Below, piece by piece: positions 53,562 to 62,203 of a stretch of 64,000 bases of DNA. The position numbers and the translations under genes were made by a program. A model generated the notes under the pieces. That model made no database searches and was not told the DNA's origin. It saw only the letters and a program-made list of their open reading frames with translations. The stretch's first letter is position 1; every line of letters begins with the position of its first letter. Source of the DNA: a virus (lineage: Duplodnaviria > Caudoviricetes). The stretch covers positions 11,285-75,284 of IMG/VR virus record IMGVR_UViG_3300002220_000029; one strand, 5' to 3'.

Positions 53562-54508
53562 AATTTGTTTGTTTGAGCGACATTCATCTTTCATCAGAGA
53601 ATTCTGAGGCTCGGCAGGATAATCTCGTTGAGACTCAATTTGACAAGTTGGAATTTGTATTGCAGTTAGCCAACGAGAATCAAGCAGCAATCTTGCAAGC
53701 TGGTGATTTTTTTCATCGTCCAAGAAGTTGGATGCTTTTGCCAACGGTGATTGATCTGCTGAAAAAGTATCAAGTGGATATTTACAGCGTAAGAGGTCAA
53801 CATGATGATTATCTCTATTCAGAAGAAACAAAAGACAGAACTAATCTGGGTATCCTTGTAAAAGTAGGGTTGGTTATTCCTCTTTCTGTTGATCGTCCAG
53901 TTGTGGTCCAGGATGCGGTGTTGTATGGAGCGAATTTCGGTCAGAACCTATGCGATCTTGGACGAAAGAAGTTAGGATATACCATAGGAGTCATTCACCG
54001 TTCTATCTCTGACAAGGCTTTATGGCCAGGACATCAGTTTACGTCTGCTGATAGATATTTGAAGGATAGCCCCGATTATGATTTTATTTTGGTAGGCGAT
54101 ATTCATCGTAGGTTTGAAGTCGTATCTGGGAATAGAAGGTTGGTTAACACTGGTCCTATGTTGCGTAGAGAAGCCACTGAATATAATTTTGACCATGAGC
54201 CATCAGTGTTTTTGTTAGATACAGAAGATCTGCAGCAATGTGCATGGATGGAAATTCCTTATAGTCCCGCTAATCGAGTGTTAAGTCGGGATCATATTGA
54301 ACGTAAGGCCGAAGCGGATACATTACTGGATGAGTTTGTAAGAATGATTAAAGATGATGCCATAACGATGGGGATGGGGATGGATGTCGACCAAAGTGGC
54401 GTTTCTTTCACAGAAAATTTAATTGCATTTTCAGAGGCCAATAAGGTCGAGCCAAAAGTGATGGATGTGATTGCGAAATTTGTTGAGCGATCAAAGGAGG
54501 GGTTGTAA
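53558..54508 (+). CDS. SbcD/Mre11/gp47-like metallophosphoesterase nuclease
   Basis: SDIH, AGDFFH, GQHD, GDIH motifs. Confidence 0.88.
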   Translation: MKFVCLSDIHLSSENSEARQDNLVETQFDKLEFVLQLANENQAAILQAGDFFHRPRSWMLLPTVIDLLKKYQVDIYSVRGQHDDYLYSEETKDRTNLGILVKVGLVIPLSVDRPVVVQDAVLYGANFGQNLCDLGRKKLGYTIGVIHRSISDKALWPGHQFTSADRYLKDSPDYDFILVGDIHRRFEVVSGNRRLVNTGPMLRREATEYNFDHEPSVFLLDTEDLQQCAWMEIPYSPANRVLSRDHIERKAEADTLLDEFVRMIKDDAITMGMGMDVDQSGVSFTENLIAFSEANKVEPKVMDVIAKFVERSKEGL

Positions 54509-54756
54509 TGAGTAGTGATGACAAGGCGCTTGCTGATGTGAAGCGTGATATTGAAAGCTTGAAGCGCGAAATGGCTGTTAAAGAAGGCGAGAGGAATTCT
54601 ATATTTGAGCGTATCAAAAAAGATTTTGGGGTCAAGACCTTAGATGATGCCTATGACAAGCTCAAGGAACTTGGTACTGATATTGAAATCAAAAAAGAAC
54701 GCCGAGAAGAATTGATTAGGCAGGCACAGGCAAAACTGGCAGGATATAAAAAATGA
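54508..54756 (+). CDS. small coiled-coil protein (possible SbcC fragment)
   Basis: 82 aa heptad pattern between sbcD-like and the C-terminal ATPase half. Confidence 0.55.
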   Translation: MSSDDKALADVKRDIESLKREMAVKEGERNSIFERIKKDFGVKTLDDAYDKLKELGTDIEIKKERREELIRQAQAKLAGYKK

Positions 54757-55421
54757 CAGTCCAAGAGATTACACAAGAATTTGTAGAAGCTAAGGCCAGG
54801 CATGGCTTGTTGAAACAAGATCTTGATATCAAACTTAATCAAATTCTTTATCAAAAAGAACAGGTTGAATACATGGTTAAGGCCAGGTGGGTTTTGACTG
54901 AGGTGGCTACTCAGACACAGAAGCGATTCAAAGAAAAGGTCGAAACACTTGTGACCATGGCTATTAGAAGCGTATTTGATCGTCCTTTTCAATTTCTTTT
55001 GGGATTTGAACGTAAAAGAAATAAAATGGAGTGTAAACCAGAGATTAAAGAATTGGTAAACGGTAAATACAGGACCTTTGATCCATCGGAAGATATGGGT
55101 GGTGGTATGGTTGACATCATATCGTTTGCGCTCAGAGTTGTTTTGTGGAGTTTGGAAAAGCCACGTAGTAGAGCAGTGATTGTTTTTGATGAGCCGATGA
55201 AGAATTTAGGCAAAATGGTATCTCTTGCTGGACAAGTTCTAAAAGAAATCAGCCATAAATTAAATTTTCAGCTTATTATTATCACGCATGAAGATGAATT
55301 AATAGAAATTGCAGACCGGGCATACTATATTTCGCATGATGGTAACAAATCTCATGTTGAACTTGTAAAAGGGGAACTGGTAAATGCCACCAAAAAAGCC
55401 CGTATCGTCAGAGGTTCTTAG
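54753..55421 (+). CDS. SbcC/Rad50-like ATPase, C-terminal half
   Basis: Signature-like DMGGG, Walker B IVFDEP, H-loop IITH. Confidence 0.8.
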   Translation: MTVQEITQEFVEAKARHGLLKQDLDIKLNQILYQKEQVEYMVKARWVLTEVATQTQKRFKEKVETLVTMAIRSVFDRPFQFLLGFERKRNKMECKPEIKELVNGKYRTFDPSEDMGGGMVDIISFALRVVLWSLEKPRSRAVIVFDEPMKNLGKMVSLAGQVLKEISHKLNFQLIIITHEDELIEIADRAYYISHDGNKSHVELVKGELVNATKKARIVRGS

Positions 55422-55851
55422 ATTAATTGAGTCTCTTGTATGTGCAGGAAAAACAGATCAACAGATTTCAGTAATACTTCAAATCAAAGTTCGCAAAATA
55501 TACAAGATCAGGAGAGATGTTTTAAAGATAAATTTATACGGTAGCAAGCGGCGATGTGCTCACTGCGGTGTCAATACCTCTGTTACGTGTTTTAGCCAAA
55601 AATCTATTTATCCTGATTGGTGTGTTATCTGTCGGAGAAAATTTGGCGGAGAAAGGGGCAGCGGTAGAGAGAGAGGTTGTGAAGGGTTCAATGTTAGAAA
55701 AAGTGATCAATTTATAGACGCTGTTTGTTTGAGATGTGGTAGTGATTTCAAGTCAGAGGTATTTGTAGGATTTGGTGGGCGTTTAGATCATTATCGATGT
55801 TGTCCAAAATGTCAAGTTATTGTAACTAAAATGGAGCGGTTATCGATATGA
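55384..55851 (+). CDS. HTH plus Zn-finger putative regulator
   Basis: GKTDQQISVIL HTH-like; CAHC, CVIC, CLRC, CPKC. Confidence 0.55.
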   Translation: MPPKKPVSSEVLRLIESLVCAGKTDQQISVILQIKVRKIYKIRRDVLKINLYGSKRRCAHCGVNTSVTCFSQKSIYPDWCVICRRKFGGERGSGRERGCEGFNVRKSDQFIDAVCLRCGSDFKSEVFVGFGGRLDHYRCCPKCQVIVTKMERLSI

Positions 55852-56069
55852 CAGATAAAAATCTTGATATCAGACATTGGTTAGAATCCAGCGGGATCAA
55901 AACGTGTTCTACATGTGGCGCTAAGGCGATGTTTGTCCCGTATGGTGGCCATCCATTAGCAAGAAAATGGTATAGATTGGCTAAAGGTGAAATGTTAATG
56001 TGTTGTCCTAATGGCTGTTTGGAAGGATCCTTGCCATTGCCCAGAAAGATACGACGATTTAAATTGTAA
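55848..56069 (+). CDS. small Zn-ribbon protein
   Basis: CSTC...CCPNGC. Confidence 0.5.
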   Translation: MTDKNLDIRHWLESSGIKTCSTCGAKAMFVPYGGHPLARKWYRLAKGEMLMCCPNGCLEGSLPLPRKIRRFKL

Positions 56070-56084
56070 TGAGAGGAGGCGTAA

Positions 56085-56648
56085 ATGAAGAAGTTAATTT
56101 TTATTGATACAGAAACAACAGGGTCAGATCGAAGAGAGAGCGGTATTTGGCAAATTGGTGGCATTATTGAATGTGGCAAAAGACAGGAAGAATTTTTGTT
56201 TGAGTGTGACATATTTGAACAAGATGTGTTTGATGGCAATGTAACTGAAGTGACTGGTATCACTATCAAGAGGTTGTCACAGATGGCTGATCCTGGAGAA
56301 ACATACGACAAGTTTGTGGCCATGTTGGACAAATACGTGGACAAGTTTGACAAAACAGACAAATTTACAGCCATTGGATATGGTACGGATTTTGATCAAG
56401 ATATGTTAAGGTCTTGGTTCCAAAAGAATGATGATGACTATTTTGGAAGCTGGTTTTGGTATCCTTGGCTGTGTATGATGAATATGGCAGCAGTGGAATT
56501 GAGAAATGAAAGATCAGCGTTGAAAAACTTTCGTTTGGAGACAGTGGCCGCCTATTTAGGCATTAAAGTAGATACGCAGCAAGTACATAATGCTCTATAT
56601 GATGCTCAATTGGCCAGAGCGATTTATCATAAGATAGTTGAAAGGTAA
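56085..56648 (+). CDS. DEDDh 3'-5' exonuclease (DnaQ-like)
   Basis: IDTETTG, FDQD, HNALYDA. Confidence 0.85.
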   Translation: MKKLIFIDTETTGSDRRESGIWQIGGIIECGKRQEEFLFECDIFEQDVFDGNVTEVTGITIKRLSQMADPGETYDKFVAMLDKYVDKFDKTDKFTAIGYGTDFDQDMLRSWFQKNDDDYFGSWFWYPWLCMMNMAAVELRNERSALKNFRLETVAAYLGIKVDTQQVHNALYDAQLARAIYHKIVER

Positions 56649-56794
56649 TTTATAGAAGAAATCATAAATTGAATAAAATTTATCAAAAAGAACACCATTG
56701 TAGAGCAAGGCGTAGAAAGGAATAAAAGTATATTGTAAGTAAAAAAAGAAGAAATATCTTTTAATTCCCAGTAAAAAAGTCTATAAATCACGGT

Positions 56795-57430
56795 ATGAAG
56801 ATTATCCGTGATAAACTCCCCAAACCTGTTAAGAAAGGTAGAGGACGGCCTAAAGGAACAGGTTCTCGTAAAGGTAAAATTCCACAAAAAAGATACATTA
56901 AAATCAAAAGATTTGTCTCGCAATATCTTATTGATTTGAATGCTATGAAAGCATACCAGCGATGTGGTTATGGTACAGGAAATGATCAAGCTGACAGTGC
57001 AAATGGCAATAAGTTATTAGATAGGCCAGATGTCCAACAATTAATAGCAGAAGCAGAAGAGAAGAGAGCGAAGGAAGTTAATATCACACAGGAAATGGTG
57101 TTAAAAGAACTGGCGCTGTTGGCCTTTGCTAACATAAAGGACATATCAACCTGGGACGGAAACAACATGATTCTCAAGCCTTTCGACGAGCTTACCAGGG
57201 ATCAAACTGCTATTATTTCCAGCATTGGCCTTAAGAGAACTGCATTTGGTGATTTTGATCTTAGATTTACAACCCCATCGGCTCAGGACAAGAGAGGAGC
57301 CTTAGTTGATCTTGGTAAGCATTTAGGAATGTTCTGGGAAGCTGGCCGGCAAGAAGATCCTATTGAATTTGCCAGGAAGTCGCATGAAGCTTTGAACCAG
57401 ATGGAAGATACAATAGGTAGTCCTGAATGA
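56795..57430 (+). CDS. terminase small subunit
   Basis: FVSQYLIDLNA..AY...GY...LL..P.VQ..I...EITQE.VLKELA.LAF...DK..AL..LGKHLGMF. Confidence 0.88.
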   Translation: MKIIRDKLPKPVKKGRGRPKGTGSRKGKIPQKRYIKIKRFVSQYLIDLNAMKAYQRCGYGTGNDQADSANGNKLLDRPDVQQLIAEAEEKRAKEVNITQEMVLKELALLAFANIKDISTWDGNNMILKPFDELTRDQTAIISSIGLKRTAFGDFDLRFTTPSAQDKRGALVDLGKHLGMFWEAGRQEDPIEFARKSHEALNQMEDTIGSPE

Positions 57431-58809
57431 AAAAGCCAGTAAGATTGCCGGAGCCATCAACCTTTGATACGCCTGGCATGTTAACATCAAGATGGACACC
57501 ATTAAGATATCATCCAGAGCAAGATAGATTATGGCGTCATCCCGCTCGCTTTAATGTCAATCCCGCAGGTCGCCGTTCCGGCAAAACAGAATTAGCCAAA
57601 AGAAAATTAGTTAAAAGAGCAATAAGAGGAACAAAATTCGAAGATCCTCGATTTTTTGCTGCTGCTCCCACCAGAGATCAGGCCAAGCGTATATACTGGG
57701 ATGACCTGAAAAGATTGACACCTCGCTGGTGGCAGAGAAAACCCCCATCAGAATCAGAGTTAACAATTTATGGCGGTAATGGTGCAACTATTCATGTATT
57801 AGGAATGGACAAGCCAGAGCGTATTGAAGGTACGCCATGGGATGGCGGTATATTAGACGAATTCGGTAATATGAAGAAAGAAGCATGGGGCAAGAATGTT
57901 AGGCCAGCTTTAGCAGATAGAGGTGGTTGGTGCGATTTAATAGGCGTGCCAGAAGGTAGGAATCATTACTATGATATAGCAAAAGAAGCTCAAGAGAACG
58001 CCAGTGGCGAGTGGGATTATTTTTGGTGGATCAGTGCCGATATACTTTCAGAGGCCGAGATAACGGCAGCTAAACAAGATCTGGATGAGTTGACGTTCCA
58101 ACAGGAGTTTGAAGCATCATTTGTTAATTTTCAAGGGAGGACTTATTACGCTTATCTGGAAAGGACACACAATGCCAGGATAGCATACGATCCACAACAG
58201 CCATTGATTTTCTGCTTTGATTTCAATGTTGCTCCTGGTGTTGCTGCAGTAATACAAGAAAAACAGGTTTTTGATTTACAGTCACAAGTACCATTAATAG
58301 GAGAAACAGTAACGGGTGTTATAGGAGAGGTTTATATTCCTCGTAATTCAAATACGCCATTGGTTTGTAATAGGCTTATTACGGACTGGGGCGACCATCA
58401 GGGACGTATAGAGGTCTATGGCGACGCAACTGGTGGCGCATCAGGCACAGCGAAGTTGGGCGGTTCAGATTGGGACTTGGTAAGAAAGGTTTTGGGTAAA
58501 CATTTTGGCGACCGTTTATCTTTTAATGTTCCGCCAGGCAATCCATCAGAGCGAGATCGTGTTAATGCTGTTAATAGTCGATTGAGGACTATGGAAGGAC
58601 GAATTAGGTTAATGGTGGATCCTAACAAGGCTTCGCATGTAGTAAAGGATCTCGAAGGCGTCCAGTGTGTTGAAGGCGGCTCAGGCGAGATAGACAAGAA
58701 GAAAAGCCCGGATTTGACACATTTATCAGATGCTATAGGCTATTACGTGCACAAAGTTTTTCCGATCAGGACAATTTCAGGGGCAATGGTTCCTGTCCGT
58801 GGCCTATAA
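57427..58809 (+). CDS. terminase large subunit
   Basis: AGRRSGKT, AAPTRDQAK, LDEFG, GVPEGRNHYY, FDFNV, HLSDAIGY. Confidence 0.93.
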   Translation: MKKPVRLPEPSTFDTPGMLTSRWTPLRYHPEQDRLWRHPARFNVNPAGRRSGKTELAKRKLVKRAIRGTKFEDPRFFAAAPTRDQAKRIYWDDLKRLTPRWWQRKPPSESELTIYGGNGATIHVLGMDKPERIEGTPWDGGILDEFGNMKKEAWGKNVRPALADRGGWCDLIGVPEGRNHYYDIAKEAQENASGEWDYFWWISADILSEAEITAAKQDLDELTFQQEFEASFVNFQGRTYYAYLERTHNARIAYDPQQPLIFCFDFNVAPGVAAVIQEKQVFDLQSQVPLIGETVTGVIGEVYIPRNSNTPLVCNRLITDWGDHQGRIEVYGDATGGASGTAKLGGSDWDLVRKVLGKHFGDRLSFNVPPGNPSERDRVNAVNSRLRTMEGRIRLMVDPNKASHVVKDLEGVQCVEGGSGEIDKKKSPDLTHLSDAIGYYVHKVFPIRTISGAMVPVRGL

Positions 58810-58822
58810 TTTACTTGGCAGA

Positions 58823-58851
58823 AATTGAAAACCGGCTTATAATAGTTGTAA
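58823..58851 (+). promoter_or_regulatory. phage promoter-like motif
   Basis: AATTGAAAACCGGCTTATAATAGTTGTAA; shares TATAATAGTTGTAA exactly with the 34339 copy. Confidence 0.6.
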
Positions 58852-58862
58852 GGAGATGCTGA

Positions 58863-59042
58863 ATGACTCAAATCACGATATATGCACATGCTTCTTGGAA
58901 GCCAATTCGTACACACAAAGTCATAGATGCTCCAACAACAGTGTTGAGAATCATAAGACACTATCGAAGGCTTGGCATGAAGATGGTTTATTACAGCGAA
59001 GATTCAGCAGGTAATACAACAATGCATTTTGTGGAGAGATAG
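58863..59042 (+). CDS. small hypothetical protein (59 aa)
   Basis: AAGGAG RBS; stop abuts the next ATG. Confidence 0.5.
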   Translation: MTQITIYAHASWKPIRTHKVIDAPTTVLRIIRHYRRLGMKMVYYSEDSAGNTTMHFVER

Positions 59043-59264
59043 ATGGCAGATATACACATGCACAATATGAACAAATCAATCGATGCAATCATTAGCAATG
59101 ATAAGGATGTGTACACTCAGTATCTGCGAGCACGACACGAATTGGCTAACTTGCTTGATATGATCAATATTCGCTTGAGGAAGAATGGTGAATACTGCAA
59201 TGTTTACACATTGACTGTGGCATCGGGTATTCATGGCACCAATGATTCTTATCTTAAACATTAA
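59043..59264 (+). CDS. hypothetical protein
   Basis: 73 aa, GGAG RBS. Confidence 0.5.
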   Translation: MADIHMHNMNKSIDAIISNDKDVYTQYLRARHELANLLDMINIRLRKNGEYCNVYTLTVASGIHGTNDSYLKH

Positions 59265-59463
59265 GGAGTGTATGATTGTCTAAAAAACCAAGAACAAGGT
59301 TTTGTGGGGAGCCGGGATGCAACCAAGTCATTGCCCTTACCAGAAAGAACAAATCACAGAAATATTGCTTGAGGCATCAAGATAACCATGTGGGCAAAAG
59401 GAAGACGTTTGCCAGAATTAACACTGATGGAGAACCAGACTGTTATGAGGTGGGAAATTAGCT

Positions 59464-59670
59464 ATGGCAAAGCGTAGTTATGAAGACAGACCGTTGTCGT
59501 TTGGTAAGTTTAGAGGAAAATTGATCTGCGACATACCTTCTGGCTATTTGACATGGTTGTCGGAGCAGGATTTCTTTTCCAGAGACTTTCCTGCTTTGTT
59601 TGATCTGGTTGAACAGGAGTTGCTTTATAGGGACAGATGGGTAGAACATTTTTATGAGGAGAGAAAATGA
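59464..59670 (+). CDS. DUF3820-like small protein
   Basis: LSFGKFRGKLICDIPSGYLTWL. Confidence 0.65.
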   Translation: MAKRSYEDRPLSFGKFRGKLICDIPSGYLTWLSEQDFFSRDFPALFDLVEQELLYRDRWVEHFYEERK

Positions 59671-60467
59671 GACTACGCTTTGGTATGATTGGTAACGGTA
59701 CAATTGCAGGCAGGCACAAGGAGGCAATCAAATCAATCAATGGTGTGTTGAGATGGGTATCTGATCCAGCATTGGTTACTGACGAGGGTAAAATTCCTTA
59801 TTGCTCTTTTGACCAGAATGCATATATGAGTAATCTGCCACCTTCTGACTGGATGTTTGATTTGGTGGATTATATTGTCGTTTGCTCGCCTACTTACTTG
59901 CACAGACACCATGTAAAGGAGGCTCTCAAACATAACAAACAGGTGATTTGCGAGAAGCCATTGTGCTTGCCTTGGGAGCCCTTGATTGATGATGATCGTA
60001 TAAACATCGTCCTGCAATTACGGTATATTGAGAACTTGCCAAAGAAGGCTGATTTGGTCAAGGCTGTGATGGTCAGGGATGAGGAGTTCTTCAAGTCGTG
60101 GAAGGGCGATCCAAGAAAGGCTGGAGGCAACATCTACGAGTTCTTTATTCACTACATTGACCTTGCCATCCTTCTTGGAGCAAACTTTGAGGGTGCTGTT
60201 TCTCCCAAAGGAGCACAGGAAAGGAAGATCATTTATGATAAGGAATACGGCCTGGTTCAGGATGAGGCAGAGATTGACATTATGAAGATCGACATGCAAC
60301 ATTTGTACAATAGGATGTATGAGGACATCTGCTGCAGTCAGACTGGCGGTGTAAAGCCACGAGACATATTTTACCTTTCATGGATCCTCAATCGCAACAG
60401 TGAGCTTTATGGATACAGGAAGGGCGGGTTTGATAGGCCAATAAAAATATCAAAAGAACTCCTATAA
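59667..60467 (+). CDS. Gfo/Idh/MocA oxidoreductase, WbpB/WlbA-like NDP-sugar dehydrogenase
   Basis: GMIGNGTIAGRH, CSPTYLH, CEKPL, LQLRY, SWKGDPRK. Confidence 0.8.
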   Translation: MRLRFGMIGNGTIAGRHKEAIKSINGVLRWVSDPALVTDEGKIPYCSFDQNAYMSNLPPSDWMFDLVDYIVVCSPTYLHRHHVKEALKHNKQVICEKPLCLPWEPLIDDDRINIVLQLRYIENLPKKADLVKAVMVRDEEFFKSWKGDPRKAGGNIYEFFIHYIDLAILLGANFEGAVSPKGAQERKIIYDKEYGLVQDEAEIDIMKIDMQHLYNRMYEDICCSQTGGVKPRDIFYLSWILNRNSELYGYRKGGFDRPIKISKELL

Positions 60468-60491
60468 TATTCAAAAAGCGGGTTATAATAG
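60449..60491 (+). promoter_or_regulatory. tandem pair of phage promoter-like motifs
   Basis: TCAAAAGAACTCCTATAAT and TCAAAAAGCGGGTTATAATAG. Confidence 0.6.
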
Positions 60492-60508
60492 TAGCGAAAG
60501 GAGAATAA

Positions 60509-60835
60509 ATGCACCACACAGTATTTGATGATTTAGTGACTGTAAGATTTAACAAATGCTTGAATACGCTGACGTTAAAGAGCGAGGAGTATGCAAGAGA
60601 TGGAGATAGACTTCACAACTTTAAGACGGCTGCTCGAATTGACAATGAAACGCCTGAGAAGGCCTTGTGGGGTATGTGGAAGAAACACATTGTGTCCATT
60701 CGTGATATGATCCACGATATTGATAAAGGAATTCTCCCATCTGAAAGTGTATTAAACGAGAAAATGACGGACAATATTGATTACACGGTTTTGTTGGAAG
60801 GTTTGATTCGAGAAAGGATGAGTAAGAACGAATGA
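60509..60835 (+). CDS. all-alpha nucleotide-modification-associated / NTP pyrophosphohydrolase-like protein
   Basis: K..EYA...DRLHNF......EK..D..DY..LL pattern. Confidence 0.55.
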   Translation: MHHTVFDDLVTVRFNKCLNTLTLKSEEYARDGDRLHNFKTAARIDNETPEKALWGMWKKHIVSIRDMIHDIDKGILPSESVLNEKMTDNIDYTVLLEGLIRERMSKNE

Positions 60836-61020
60836 AGTCTATGTTGTTGGTGATGATATTTTTGATGATTTTAGGCTGTACCGATGATAATTCACATAAA
60901 TCATCACCACCTGATTGCTGTTACAATAGCAAGCCTGCAATGTGCTACAAGGAACCAGGAGCAACTCATGGCCATATTTTGTGCGAGAATGGTTATGAGA
61001 GTAGCTGCGAGTGTCAATAA
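60832..61020 (+). CDS. small Cys-rich lipoprotein
   Basis: MKSMLLVMIFLMILGC lipobox; 6 further Cys. Confidence 0.65.
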   Translation: MKSMLLVMIFLMILGCTDDNSHKSSPPDCCYNSKPAMCYKEPGATHGHILCENGYESSCECQ

Positions 61021-61031
61021 AAGGAGACGTC

Positions 61032-61646
61032 ATGAAAGTAAATGAAGCGAATGTTTGTTTGGATTGTGATGAATTACACAGCGATATTGAATGTCCAAAA
61101 TGTTTGAGCAGGAGTTTCCATTCCCTGAGTGCAAAGGTAAAAGATTCTGATGGTCAAGTTGTAGCTCCTCCTTGGTTTGAGCCTTTGCATCGCTTTGGAG
61201 ATAGGAAGAAGGAGGTAATACATGGACGTGCGACCAGCAATAACAATCTACAAGAAAAGCCAGAAGCTGGCCTATTGTTTGTTGATCGGGCTGGCATTAG
61301 GTCTCGCCCTGCAAACGTCATTAGTAGATACGGCAATAGAGAAATTCCACCCAGTGAGCAGAAACGACCTGATGAAAATAATCAGAATGAACCACTCAAA
61401 TCCCAAACTTATATCGGCTATAATTCAAACGGAGTCAGAGTGGCGTTCAAATGCAGTCTCCCACAAAGGCGCCATTGGGCTCATGCAAGTTATGCCCGAA
61501 TCATCAAAATGGTTAGTGGGTTACTCAAGAAAGGATTTGTTCTGTCCAGAGAAAAATATCATAGCAGGCACAAAGATCCTCAAATACTACCAGCGAACCT
61601 CACCAAACTTGAGGGTAGCGTTGAACAAGTACAGTGGCGGAGCTGA
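61032..61646 (+). CDS. Zn-ribbon protein whose frame stays open across the SLT gene
   Basis: AAGGAG RBS; CLDC...CPKC; the true 3' extent is uncertain. Confidence 0.45.
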   Translation: MKVNEANVCLDCDELHSDIECPKCLSRSFHSLSAKVKDSDGQVVAPPWFEPLHRFGDRKKEVIHGRATSNNNLQEKPEAGLLFVDRAGIRSRPANVISRYGNREIPPSEQKRPDENNQNEPLKSQTYIGYNSNGVRVAFKCSLPQRRHWAHASYARIIKMVSGLLKKGFVLSREKYHSRHKDPQILPANLTKLEGSVEQVQWRS

Positions 61647-61680
61647 TAGATATTATGAGAAGGTCATGAGGAATATGTGA
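61222..61680 (+). CDS. lytic transglycosylase (SLT) with N-terminal membrane anchor
   Basis: AIIQTES.W...AVS.KGAIGLMQVMP, NIIAGT..L, Y..KV; AGGAGG RBS. Confidence 0.88.
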   Translation: MDVRPAITIYKKSQKLAYCLLIGLALGLALQTSLVDTAIEKFHPVSRNDLMKIIRMNHSNPKLISAIIQTESEWRSNAVSHKGAIGLMQVMPESSKWLVGYSRKDLFCPEKNIIAGTKILKYYQRTSPNLRVALNKYSGGADRYYEKVMRNM

Positions 61681-61868
61681 TGGCAGATTTTTGTGAGCAA
61701 TGTGCTGAACATCTTGGGTTTCCTAATGATTTAAAAGGAATAACCAAGAAAGAAGATTATGAAAAGGGTCTTGCTTGTGTAGTTATATGTGAAGGATGTG
61801 GCACTATCCAAGTAGACCCTGATGGAAGATGTATTAGTGAGGATTGTCTCGAAAGAGGACACAAGTAA
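61677..61868 (+). CDS. small Cys-rich protein
   Basis: MADFCEQC...CEGCG...G.C...C. Confidence 0.55.
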   Translation: MMADFCEQCAEHLGFPNDLKGITKKEDYEKGLACVVICEGCGTIQVDPDGRCISEDCLERGHK

Positions 61869-62050
61869 GGCGGGTGGCGGAAGATAGACGCAGGGCAAAA
61901 TGTCCAAACCTGAGAGCTACGACAGTATTGGATTACAGCGTAGTGGCTTTATCCTATCAAAGAGTAGGAGAAATGGAACGCTCTCATGCAGGTATCAAAT
62001 CCTGCCCCGCCAGAATAAATAAGCACAAAAAGTGCAGAAAGGAGGCCACG

Positions 62051-62185
62051 ATGGAAGAATTACAGAAAGTTCTCATTGCCGAGATTGGCAAGCAGTTGAA
62101 GGCTGACAAGATGAATGTTCAGTTATTAGATGTTCTTAACCGGTTATTGGGAACTGTGAATAATTATATCCTTAGCGATAAATAG
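62051..62185 (+). CDS. small hypothetical protein
   Basis: AAGGAGG RBS before ATG 62051. Confidence 0.5.
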   Translation: MEELQKVLIAEIGKQLKADKMNVQLLDVLNRLLGTVNNYILSDK

Positions 62186-62203
62186 TTCACAGTAATGGTC
62201 AAT

